Source of the DNA: Camelus dromedarius
Taxonomy: Eukaryota
Direction of reading: 5' to 3'
Assembly: GCF_036321535.1 (NCBI RefSeq)
Contig: NC_087437.1
Coordinates: 70,620,001 to 70,684,000 of the forward strand
Length of the DNA stretch: 64,000 nt
Both the position numbers and the translations under genes were made by a program. Of this stretch, positions 39,111 through 50,680 are shown piece by piece; within the stretch, counting starts at the first letter, position 1; each line of letters opens with the position of its first letter. The notes beneath the pieces are model-generated. The model was not told the DNA's origin. It ran no database searches and was given only the letters and a program-made list of their open reading frames with translations.

Positions 39111-39399
39111 TCAAAAGAAACTTGATTTAAAGCTGTACCACTACTCTTCTCTAAGTCCAATCTGGTCCACCAGTTACAGAAGACTAATTTAACTCTTACC
39201 TTAAAGTTACATTTATAGTAATGGAAATATTTTGTAGATCATTTATGCTATAAATGAGACAATTTAAAGAATGTAATTTGACAGTGGAATTAGAATGTGT
39301 CCCTTTCTTATGCCTGCTCTGTATAAGCATTCTGCTTCCCCTGGATAACAAACAGGAAAAGAACGATATAAAAATCCCTCACTTCTCTTATTTGGACTG

Positions 39400-39560
39400 A
39401 TGGAGCACCCGTCATGTACTAGGCACTGAATTCAGCATGCAGGAGATGTGAGTCCTGCCCCTCTGAAACCATCCAGTTCCGTGCAAAAGGCATTATATGA
39501 CGTGGGCTTGTAAGACAATGCCCTGTTGTTAAAGTACTTGAACCATATGCTACAGGCAGA
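39400..39560 (-). mobile_element. L2 3' fragment
   Basis: gagcacccgtcatgtactaggcactg...gtcctgcccctc. Confidence 0.5.
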
Positions 39561-40149
39561 CTACAGGACACCTGTGCTCCACACTAGCAGGTTGACTGTG
39601 TGAATAAGCCTTAATATCTACGGAGTCTGAGAGAAGGAAAAGTGTGGGTATCTGTTTCAACTCTAGAATAATACTGAAAACTCAAGTAGGAGTATTTACC
39701 CTGTGGGGGTAAATAGACAAAAGTGGTAGACTAGAACTAGGTGATAGGTTGAGGAGAGAAAAAATCTACTTGTTCCCACTTCTCCCACTGTGTTCCCTCC
39801 AGGAGAGTCTGCACCACTGGAGGCAGGAGGCCAGGTTCCTCTATGTGTTAGCTTGGAGTTCCTGAGGTTTTCCAAACTGCTTAGGGAAATGGTGTAGCAT
39901 GGATATAAAGACTATTTTCTTGTAAGGACAATGGGACAGTATTTGAAACTGGGCCTTTCATGAGGAATGAGAGGTCACGATGGACCGGGGACCTCCTGCA
40001 GCATTGGAGTGCTGGAGTGCACTTTGTCATTCCACAAGGAGGTTTGATGGGGGATGGGGGTTGCTTGACAGGGAATTAAAGGAGGGTCCCTAACCCACTG
40101 CTTGGACCAAAAAGGCTTTCCCACTGTTCCTTAGTTAGCTATAAGTGGC

Positions 40150-40350
40150 GTGAGTTGGAGGGACAATTGTAACAGTGACATAAAAATTCCAAATAATCCT
40201 TCTGAATAGATGTGCACACATTTAGAAAATGCATAATAAATGACATATAGTGAAAATGTAAACAAGCCATTTAATAACACTTTAATGCTTGATTCTGATC
40301 TCTTAATTAAAATGTGCATAAAAGAAAACAATGGTGGAACATCTGTGTGT
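40150..40350. promoter_or_regulatory. Candidate conserved enhancer block
   Basis: Non-repeat; FOX TGTAAACA, SOX AACAATG, HOX-like CATAAA (x2), TTAATTAA, TGACA. Confidence 0.35.
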
Positions 40351-41099
40351 GTTATTGGGATGGCAGGATTTATGCTGCACCCTGGGCTTTTTTGTTCACA
40401 TCTCAGTGTGCATGAACATGCGAGGGTTTCCTCTGTAAGGCACAGTTACCCGTTTGAGCCCCGCAGAGTGTATCTTCCCACCTCCCTTCATCTGGCTGTG
40501 GTTCTCTCCCCTTTCCTTTTCTCTTACATTGAAAACTATGGTTTGTTCTCTGCTTAAAGTACTCTCATCATTTGATCTGAAAGCCACTCTTCACCCCACC
40601 CCTATAACCTGAAACCCTGACCTAACCCTGACTCAGCCCTGTTATCTCAGCAGATGTACACAGCATTACCTAATGGTTTTGGCCTCGGTGAATAATCTCA
40701 AAGAGCCTTGGGGAAAGTATGGCCCTTTATATCTGTGACCTTGCAGCAGTTATTACTCAGCTGGACACTATGGGGTTTAGATGTTAGAGACAGAAATTCT
40801 GTTCACCCCTGCTGGTGATTCTTTTTATTATTATTCATTTGGGGGATGTATCTCTGAGCTTCATTTTGCCCAATTGTTAGAGTAGCAGCAATCACGGAAG
40901 TCAAAGGTTATTAAGTACTTTAAGATCTTCCAGTGAAAATGTTACACCGTGAAATGCTGTTATTGCTGTCATTCCTTGGAACATACCTGATCACCCAGAA
41001 GTTTATCTTTGATTAAACGAGCGTGAAAAGTACCTCAGAAGAATTTTGTATCATTTATACAATAGGAAGTCATAGCCAAAAGACCTTCTTAAACATATA

Positions 41100-41332
41100 A
41101 TAATTAACATTTAATGCCCCTGTTTGTGAAGAAGACATTGCTCTGGGACTATCTCTAATCCTCACAGTGTTCCTGCAAAATAGGTGGTTTTATTCTTTGT
41201 TCCACAAGTGATGAGACTGAGATTCAGAGCTGTTTAAGTGATGTGCCATAATTTATATTACTAATAAGTGGAAGACCTGGGATTCATACTCAATCAGTCT
41301 CTCTCTCAAGGCCATGATCTTTCCACAACATC
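41100..41332 (-). mobile_element. MIR SINE
   Basis: taatcctcacag...ataggtgg...gatgagactgagattcagag...taagtggaagacctgggattcatactc...tgatctttccac. Confidence 0.78.
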
Positions 41333-42239
41333 AGGCCCCATCGTAGGACAGCTCCCATGTCCTTGTACACCAGAGCTAGCTGGTGTTCTGAAAGAGTTAA
41401 GTAAAATGTACCCTGTTTGTGACAAACGTCTGAAACTTGTTTTTATAACTTGGACGTAATTCACAAATAAAGAGTAATTATCAGTATGTCACAGATGAGG
41501 AGCTGCATGTATGGATCAGTGTAATTTCTGTTCCTTGGCTTATGGATGCAGTATGCCCCAGGGAGTTTCACAGATCCACATGGCATCTCCTTGTGCCGGG
41601 TTCTGTGTGAGCTGAACAAAGTGTAAAACTCCTGCATGTGGGGATAGCTCATGACTGGTTACTAGCTGAGGAAATTTGTGTAAAATTACCTTACCATATG
41701 TGGACGTCGTTTCTTTTCTGAGTTTGTTCCTAGCACTTCAGTGGGGGCTAAATACTAGCTGTTGGTACTAGCTTTGTGTTTTTTGACGGGCACTGATTTT
41801 TGGAAGTGTTTTGCCCCAGGAGAGGAAGAAGAAGAGGGGCTGTGGTTCTGTCTTCCCGTTGCTTCCTTGTGCCTCTATTTCCCATCTGATTCAATTGTAT
41901 CCGTTTGCTCTAATCCTTTGACGAAAAGGACATAAAATGTTCATAGACTGGAAGTTATTAAGACATTAAATCACGTAAGACTACCCGTGGGGTGTTTTTT
42001 TCGGTCTGAATTTTGCATATTTCAGCTTTCTAGTAGATGGTATGTGCTGCATACAGGGGATCTGTCACTTCTACCTGAGCCACTCTTCTTGACTTTTTTC
42101 TTAGGCTGAGAGGATCCCTGCTTTAGGTCTGTTATGTATCCTGAAACAGACTAGTTACTGGGATTATATGATGGTTAGGCTGTGATGGTGGTGGTGGCTG
42201 TTGTGGTGGGGCGGTTCATAGGACATTCAGGTGTGTATA

Positions 42240-42525
42240 GAGGAAAGCATTATGATCTAATGGGAAAAACATGGGCTTTGGAGAATCACAGGAGCTCAGC
42301 TCTTTTGCTGTGTTGTTTTGGGAGAGTTATCTAATCCAACAAGCTTCAGATTTTTTATTTTTATTTTATTTTATTTTATTTTTATTGTTACAATCCCTAC
42401 TTTATAGACATACCATACAGATTAAATGAGTAACAACCCCTACGTTATAGACATACCGTACAGATTAAATGAGATAGCATATTTAAACATTTGAAACAGT
42501 GCCTGACCCTCGGTGAATGTTGATT
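42240..42525 (+). mobile_element. MIR containing a (TTTTA)n tract and an internal duplication
   Basis: atgggctttggag...gctgtgttgttttgggagagttatctaa...gattaaatgagata...aacagtgcctgac. Confidence 0.7.
42388..42473. repeat. 43-bp tandem duplication, 2 copies
   Basis: ttacaatccctactttatagacataccatacagattaaatgag / taacaacccctacgttatagacataccgtacagattaaatgag (4 mismatches). Confidence 0.92.
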
Positions 42526-42624
42526 GCTTAGATTTCACGCATCAAGAAAAGGGAAAAATAGAAATGAGTGGAACTTAGAAGATAATACAGGATTTGAGAA
42601 AAAATGTTCCCATCATTTCAGTTC

Positions 42625-42800
42625 AACATAGTGGAAGAGTGTTTGTCTAGAAGCAAAGATTTGGGTTCTACTTCCAGCCCTGCCACGAAAAATCGTTGCT
42701 TTTAGCCTCTGAGTATCTCAGTTTCCTCGTTTTTAAAAATGAATAAATTGGAATAAATGATCTTTATTTAGTTATATAGTTTTGCCTTCTGAAGATTTTT
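42625..42800 (+). mobile_element. MIR3-like fragment
   Basis: catagtggaagag...gatttgggttcta...tctcagtttcctcgtttttaaaaatgaat...taaatgatct. Confidence 0.6.
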
Positions 42801-43004
42801 GGTCTTCCCAGAGTTGTCTAGGGCTGTCAGTCAGTAGTGTGTGTGTCTCAGAGGCCAACAGCCAAGTATCTAGAAAGGCCTATTGTTGGGATAGGCTTCT
42901 CCCTGTGCAGCTATGTTTACATGTACATTCATGTTCTTTGTATATTTGTCATGTGTCAGAGTATTTATGCACCTGCATGCTTGTTGAACTAAGCACTCTA
43001 GCAT

Positions 43005-43100
43005 ACATTCATACATTTTTGTGGGTATGTGTGTTTATATATAACCTATATATATACAGTATGTGTGTATATATATAAATATATGTCTGTGTGTATGAGA
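43005..43100. repeat. Degenerate (TG)/(TA) microsatellite
   Basis: gtatgtgtgtttatatataacctatatatatacagtatgtgtgtatatatata. Confidence 0.8.
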
Positions 43101-43626
43101 AACAGATGCACTGTAGGCAGATAAAGCAGATAAATATAGATCCAAATAGAAGCAAAGCATATAAATATAGACGTTATATAGAGTGAAAGCAAGCAGATCA
43201 GCACCATTTCATTATTGCTGGAAGTCTTTGTAATAAAAGAGGTGGGAATCAGTAACTGACATTGAAATTATTGATTGAATGACACTGTCAGATCAGAAGG
43301 CATGGTGTAAGGTAAGAAAATAAGCTTTCTTTCAACTTTGAGGAGCAATTAGCAGGAAGATTTGTTACTTTTAATTACTTGATTTATGAAAGTTTTTAGA
43401 TGCTACCTAGTGTGTGTTTTTTTAAATACAGATATATCACCTTTCCTAAAAATACTGCCAGACAACAAAAAATAATACATAAGAAAAGAACACCTGTTCC
43501 AATCCTGAGAAAGGACTTGACAAAGGTGACAAGATCTCTCTTCTTTGCAGGCTGTGATTGGCAGCTCTTTCCTGTTTCTAGGTATGGACAGATGAGTTGG
43601 TTTTGTTCTATGTGGTTTTTCACAAG

Positions 43627-43644
43627 CCCCCCCCCCCCCCCCCC
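43627..43644. repeat. Poly(C)18 tract
   Basis: Read directly. Confidence 0.95.
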
Positions 43645-45339
43645 GCCGAAGTCTTTAAGGAAGCCCATTTAAAGGAGATATTTTGAAGCACAAGGCCAAA
43701 GTCACCATTGTTGAGTTATTTTTGTGGGGACGCTTGCAATTGTGTTTAGTATGTTGTGTGAGTAAAACTGGGCTTCCATCTGTTACTTTCATGTCACTGT
43801 TTTCACCAGTCAAAATAACTGGTTGTGAGTTTTTGCTTTATTTTGTTTTGTTTTAGTGGAAAGGGTATTGTGAGTTATTTTTAGCAGGTTCGATTTAACT
43901 GGGTAATTTTTTTTAATGTTGCAAGTTATATCTTGATCATGTGTTTGAATACATGAAAATAAGGAGTGCCTCCTCTTTCCCCCAAGTCTCACCTGTCTCC
44001 CTCAACAGATCGTGTGTCTTCTTCAGCATTGTTATAACATCCAAAGAAGCTGAATTGTGAAGAAGCCCTTGAAACTGAGCAGATACAAATTCTGCTTTGC
44101 CCAACACCACAAAACTGTCACAGTCACTGTCATTGCTTTTCCTGCTGATTCACTTACTATTGCTTTTCCTTATGGGAGTGGGGAGAGGGGGCCCAGAAGG
44201 TGGTCTGGTTCTCTCCTCTTTTGTGCTTCTTCTAAGCTAGAAGTTAGTGTTTCTTCCTTCCTGCTCCCAATCAAATTCAGACTTGAGGGAACAAAGGCAG
44301 CAAGGACAGGGCAATAAGGATTCATTAAAAGTTGAGGAATAAATAAGCACTGCCAAAGGACTATTCGTTCTTCCTTTCAGATCTCTTTGGCTGCTGTGCC
44401 TTTAAGTCCTTCACCAAATTGTGATTTTAAAGAATATATTAAGGAAAGTGTCCCAGAAATCTTGAGAATAATATCTCTCTCTCTTTCTCACACACACGCT
44501 AATATAGTAGTGAAAGATTCATCCCAAAAAACTGTATTGTATGAAAAATGGAGTGTACTCTCTACTTTATAAATTATTTTCAAAGAATCCTTCCTAGCAG
44601 TGTGTATAAAGTTGGTAAACGCTATAGTACTTCAAACTGTAAACTTTCCAAAACTGCTGTTATTTGTTTGATGATTCTAATGTTATCTTCAACACATGTT
44701 TATTTATGAAAGTATTATAAAATAATATGTCTGTATATAAAAGATTCAGTGTAGATAAGTAAACTTTCGAAAAATAATAATTTGCCACATTAACATAATG
44801 AAACAAAGCCTTTATCTTTACACACACACACGTACACACACATTCCTCTTGTTCTTTGTTTCTTTTCTCTTGGCTTAACGTATTTACTGTTTAGATTTTG
44901 TCAAGTACTTTATAATAATTACCATAAATTTTGGCAAGAACGAAAAAAACTGTATACACACACACATACACACATATATCTACATACACAGCCATATTGA
45001 ATTGTTAATGTATTAATCATTGGAATTTATCTGCACTGTATTTTTTTACCTTTATCTAGTATACATCTTTAAGGGAATTTTTAAGAACACTCAAATATCT
45101 GGTCTGATTTAAAGGTCCCTGGGAGACTGTGCTTCCTTTCCTATGACAAGGGCCATTTTCCAAATATGAATTTAGAAAACAAGAATTTACCATCCCCTTA
45201 AGCAAAGCAAGAACCTGTTTCCTTTTAGGAGTCATTTGTCTTTCCCACCACAGCTTGGAACATGTGGTGGCTCTCATTACTGGCACAGAGAATGTTTTTT
45301 GGTTAGATGGCTTCATATTCTGCTCCTGACCTTACAGTA

Positions 45340-45555
45340 CAGGTGGGCCTGGGAGTCAACCAGATCCTACTCCTCCCCTGCACAACATTTTAATTAGCTC
45401 TGTGTCCTTAAGCAGGTTAGCCAACAGCTCTGTCACTCAGTTGCTAATCTATGAAACTTAGGCTAATCTTACAAACTTCACAGGGGATTTGTATTAAATG
45501 GAATATTATTAAAGAAGTATGTAGCCCATAATATGTGCTCAATAAATGCTAGCTT
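45340..45555 (+). mobile_element. MIR SINE
   Basis: tagctctgtgtccttaagcaggtta...ctcagttgctaatctatgaaa...gtgctcaataaatgctagct. Confidence 0.75.
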
Positions 45556-47089
45556 CCGTCTGGCCTGTTAATTTTTATTTATGTCTATGATGTCCTCCTC
45601 CCCACTGTGGAACAACATCATAGTCTAGACAATTAGACATCAGAGCCAATGCTAGAGACGTAGGGGCAAGGAATTTTTTAAATTGTTAATTGTCTAATAG
45701 CCACCCTGAGAATGGGCTTATGAAGAAAAGATCTAAGGAAATGATCAGGAATTTCTTCCTTCTGTACTTGTAATGTTTTCTAGTTAGCAAAGCGGAGTGG
45801 GAGACCTGTCAACAAAGTGTTGCTGAAATCCTATTTACATCAATGCAGTGGAAAGAAGTAGCTATCCAAGTGATATACATTCAGCCTTTTAAAATAACAG
45901 AACATCCTTCTGTTCCCCCTTCATACACCAAGTTCCTGTCCTTCATTGCAAGTGGACATTGCTCAGTTTAGCTTCCTGTAGATTAGGTTCCCTGATTAGC
46001 ACCTGCTCTTTTTTTAGGGCCAGATGTGTGGTCAGAATCTAAATGTCATTGAAATGGCTGAATAGTTGCTGTCTGTATTTCTTTTTAAGGAATAAGAAGG
46101 GAAAAAAAAGAAAAAACCTCCCACTCTAAGATATCTAGAGCTACATTTCAGCCTGGAGCTGATCATTTTAGCTGAATTGTAAACACCATAAGAGTTAAGC
46201 TTTATAAGGGAAACAATGACAAAATCAAAACAATTCTGGCAGCAATGTCCCTGTTACACTAAGACCTTTTTCTCAGGTCCGAGTTCTCTTTTAACCTTCT
46301 CAGACTTCACTTTCTGTGTAACTGCAAATTTAGTGTGCAGCTCTCTGACTTTTTTTGGAATTGAGAGTTTGGCCAGTATCATTAAACCACGTAAAGCCAC
46401 TACGATTTTTCTGGATCTCCTCCTGCTATGCCATAATCAGTCTCAAAATAGTTATGTCTGTGGAATGGAAAGAAAGAAAAGGAAACAGAAAGGTGACCTG
46501 GTGTCGTGGAAAATGAGTGGTCGGGTCTGGAGATTGTGGCCTTTGCCCTCGGCCCTGCTGTGAGGAGGGCTAGGCCACTGTTACACAGGCAAAGCCTGCA
46601 GCTGCGTTTACCCTCAGGTTCTCAGTATCTTGTTGCAGGTTTTCTGTTTGTTTGGTTGGTTTTTTTTTTATGTCTATTTCAAAGACCTGATCATGACAAG
46701 ACACGGAATTCAAATTTTTTGTTCCTTTATGACTTCTGAGGATCACAAAGCACATTAACAGAAAATGATTTTTATGAAGAAGAGTAATAATTAAAAGTTG
46801 GAGAAACAGGTGAAAAATGAGAGAAAGGGAATAATTAGAGGTCAGGTATGGAGACAAATGTGTGAGAAACAGAGCAAAAGAGACTGCAAAGATCTAAAGT
46901 ATAAGAGGAGGAAGAAGAGGAGGAAGAGGAGACTCAGATTAAGAGTGGAATATTCAGTATAAGGTAACTTTGAGGTGAACATTTTACAGAATGTAAGGAT
47001 TCCTTGTCTTGTTAAAAAAAAATCTTTTGAAATCTTTCTTTATGGCATTTAAAATAAGATTCAATTTATGCAGCTTTGACTTATTCTAT

Positions 47090-47210
47090 GCTGTGGAGAA
47101 ATGAACTGTGAGCTTTAGGTGCTAGTCCTAGATCTGTCTTAAAGTGTATACCCCTGAGAAAATCACCTTCTGAGTTTCAGAGTCTTCACATATGAAATGA
47201 AGGGGCCAGG
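47090..47210 (+). mobile_element. MIR3-like fragment
   Basis: ctagtcctagatctgtc...aaaatcaccttctgagtttcagagtcttcacatatgaaatgaagggg. Confidence 0.5.
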
Positions 47211-48099
47211 CACATTCTCATCCACCTTTACAAATCCAGGAAATGAAACAGCACCCAGGGTGGTCATGCTGACATACTGCCAGGATGCTTACTGAAGGAA
47301 GTTGCTGAATTAGATTAGATTGTACTAATGAATAAAGTTTAAGAAAACAAAAACAACACTTTTTGGATGTTTTCACTGACATGTCCATGCTCGGTCCCAG
47401 ATAAATTAATAAGATGGCAGCCTTACATTATAAAAAGTGTTTGGCTACCATTGCCAAACACACTTTTAGTTAAATCTTCAACTGGAATTTTTGAGATTGT
47501 ATTTGCAACTCTTTCTAAAGTCCTCATTCTCCAATTAACTGAAAGATGGCATTTCTGACTTTCTAATCCAGAAATTTAAAACTGTTTAACCAAGAAAATG
47601 GAAATCAGTATGTTCTTGGTTGCCCTTCTTATTAATTTAAATTTGCATAACCTAATCAAAACCCAACCTGCCTTGCCCTTCAACAGCAAGCTATATTCTC
47701 TCCCATTACTAAATGGCTCCATTCTTCTCAGTATTTTCTGAAAGATGAATTATGTGCTATCCCATGACTTTTCCTTTAGCATGTATCCATGGAAATTAAA
47801 ATGGACTTCTCTGTGCCCAAGACTGAAATGAAAAATAGTCCAAAGGGCTAGTGGAAATGAGCAGAAAACTTTGCTGATGTTATCAGTATTTTAATTTTTG
47901 TTAAGCTTTTTTTCCCTAATCAAATGGAACTTAAATCAGCTGATGCCAAAATAACTGATACTTTCTCTGCTTCATTATTTTGTGTCTGCAGCCTAAGTGC
48001 AACCTAAGATTTTCCTGTAAATCATTGGAATATATTATTTTCTGAGGCTTTTCTAGTATACTTTTCCTACAGAGATGTTTCTCCCATAATCACTTTACT

Positions 48100-48170
48100 G
48101 TTTCAATAAATATTTGCTGAGCATAGGGAATGTGCCAAGCACCGTGCTAGGTGCTAGGTATAAGCTGTGT
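48100..48170 (-). mobile_element. L2 3' terminal fragment
   Basis: ttcaataaatatttgctgagca...atgtgccaagcaccgtgctaggtgctagg. Confidence 0.75.
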
Positions 48171-49179
48171 GCACAGAACCGTCGGTCATGAATGCATCTC
48201 TGAAAATGGAGAACTAAAATGGATGAAAAGAGATCACTGGGTGATCAGAAATGAAACTCCAGACTCTTGTTCTTTCTTTTGGATGACCTCCTGAGATTTT
48301 TCCCAGTCGCCACTGACAAGCCCACATTCAGGAAGGATGCAGACTCTCTGCCTTGCTCTCTAGCCGGTCGTTAATAAAGAGGACTCCTGTTTCTCTTTCT
48401 CCCTTAGGGCCTGTCCTCAGCTATAGGAGGCACTCAGGTATAGGAGGGCCTGTGCCTAACAGAAGAATCCACTTCATCTTCCTAGCCTCAGATTTGGGAA
48501 CTCACTGTGTAGTGTGGGAAGCACCGGGCAGCCTCAGAGGGCTGGGGGTATCTGTAACCATCCAGATCAAATGTTAAATTTTATGTGCTCTCCATAAGCA
48601 CAGTATACGTAATTGTTTACATTTCTTTTACAAGCATGTTCATCTGTTTAGAATCTCTCCTCGTTTTGCCATTTTCACTTCCATTGTCCTCTATCGGGCT
48701 GTTCTGTGTAGCCAAATGACGTGTGGCATGTCTTCTTCAAAGTAAAACAGTGACCTATTCGAAGATTTCTAAATGCATTCTTCATGCATTTTTAAAGGAG
48801 ATGGGTAAAATTGAACATATTTCTCCTTGCCTTGATGATATCCCTGTGTGTCTTTCAAATGATATTCGTGACTAGGTAAACTAGTTGGACCATAACATGG
48901 GCTATCACAGATACAGATTCACAAAGGCATAGAGAGAATGATAAATAAGTGCATATGGAGAAGTCTGACAGTTTAGTGGAATCGCTTTCAAGTAATTTGA
49001 CACATTAGTACTTTCAGACATTCACCTGCCAGTAATCCTCATTAGAAATAAGATTGGAATATTGGGGTCACTAGCTGAAGTTCATTTTTCTGAGACCTGA
49101 ACAATAACTGAAAGTCAGAGCTAGAGGGAATAAGAATCAAACTATTTCAGGCGATAGAATTATTTTCTTTAAATGAGCT

Positions 49180-49400
49180 CTTTCTCTCGGTCCTCTGTTT
49201 CTCCGTTTTCCTCTCCGTTTCTTTCTCTTTTTTCCTCCCTCCCCCTCCTGCTCCTTTCTTTTAAGTGTTCTGAATTCATTAGATGGCAGAGTGTAAATCA
49301 ATAGTAAACGCTAACCGCCTACTCTCTACTCAGTTACGCAACATCGCATAACCGGTACACAGAGACAAAAAGGGAAAAAGCACACACAGCCTTTACATTC
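49180..49400 (+). promoter_or_regulatory. Candidate promoter/enhancer core
   Basis: About 80-nt pyrimidine tract, TGTAAATCAATAGTAAAC (FOX/ONECUT-like, 49292-49309), Inr-like TCAGTT (49330-49335), C/EBP site GTTACGCAAC (49333-49342), AACCGGT; locally elevated CpG. Confidence 0.45.
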
Positions 49401-50299
49401 AAAAGCTCTTGCATAATTTTACTTTCCACAGCCAAAAAGAAAAAAAAAAGGAAATAACAGATGGGGAAAACTTACAGTTTTTTTTTCCCTTTTCTCAGAC
49501 TGTTGAGAAGGGAGTCAGCTAACATCCATGACCATTTCTAGTTGCCCTGGGCTGCGGCAAAACATCCCATAATTGTCAGTGCCTTAACCGGCTTTAAAAC
49601 AGGATTTGGTGACCCTCCATGATGTGGTAAATTTTCCAGGTAATATAAGACTAAAATTATTCTGAGGCGTTTAACGCTGACTTGGTTTTTACTTATTTTG
49701 TGAAAAATCAACAACATTTAAAGTATGAAATGCATTTTAAAATAGAAAGGATAAGGAAGACAGCTGTGTGTGTGTATGTGTGTGTTTTCATTTGAAATGT
49801 ATCCTGATGTAATATTTATGTAAAAAGCTGGTTATATAAACTCTGTCTTTCTCTTACTTTTTACTTTGGGGGCTGTATAAAGCTCTACTGTGTTTTTCTC
49901 ATGACAAAGTACATTCAAACCCCAAAGTCTTAATGAAAGAGAAAAACATCTAGATGCTACAGCAGACACTTAATTCAAACTCCCTATAGAATTTGTCCCC
50001 TGAACAACAGTTCCATTTAAGAACCTGTAGTTTCTGGAATTCTCATTTCAAACTTTCTGTCGCACTATTCCTTGGAACACCTTTGAATTCATTGTACTGT
50101 CTTGAAGTCTCAAATGTATAATGAAAGTTTCGTTTTGTTTTTGTCTCTCGTTCTCTCTTTGTAACTCTCCACTCCTTTCCCACACTCACTACTTTTCATT
50201 GGAGTAACTTCGTTCCCAGCTTAAATGGGACACAGTGAGGCTTATATGAGGTTTGTCGGTCTTCCTTCCCTGTTATAATACCTTGTTTCACTTAACTGA

Positions 50300-50680
50300 C
50301 TGATGTCTTCCGGGAACCGAGAGGGGTTGTCTGATGAGGGGGGGTTGGGGGCTTTGGGGGTTTGTTTTGTCCTTCCTATTTTAGTTCCTATCAGATGGCT
50401 GTAAAATGGCTACAAAATGCTGGGGAGCGCAGCACTAGGCATCGTGAGGTTTCTGCCAGAAGAAAGTAAGGTCAGGTGTGAGAGGCGCAGCGCGGCAGCA
50501 GCTCCCAGCCTTCTTAGCGCCATCGGAGAAGGTGAAAGTGGGCGGGAGGGGGTGGGTCTGAGCAGGAGCCACTGAGGCACCTCAGCTCTGTGTATTTGGG
50601 GTCATGTCGTTCCTTTGGGTCAGTTGGAAAGGCCATACGAAATTGGTTTATGTGGTTTTACTGAAGGTAGGCGGTGAGTT
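50300..50680 (+). promoter_or_regulatory. Candidate alternative promoter / first exon (GC- and CpG-enriched)
   Basis: Visibly the most GC/CpG-rich stretch; STAT site TTCCGGGAA (50308-50316), two YY1-like ATGGC motifs (about 50392-50409), GC box, donors AAA|GTAAGG (50465/6) and GCG|GTGAGT (50673/4). Confidence 0.5.

Noticed and set aside
37356..42473. Direct repeats of 30-43 bp as a CRISPR-like array
   Set aside because: Only two adjacent copies each, no spacers, unrelated to each other, and a mammalian context
43551..43581. 31-nt micro-exon (ttctttgcAG ... TAG|GTATGG)
   Set aside because: Weak donor; such pairs are expected by chance in 64 kb
43396..43672. ORFs with poly-Gly / poly-Pro
   Set aside because: Artefact of the C18 homopolymer
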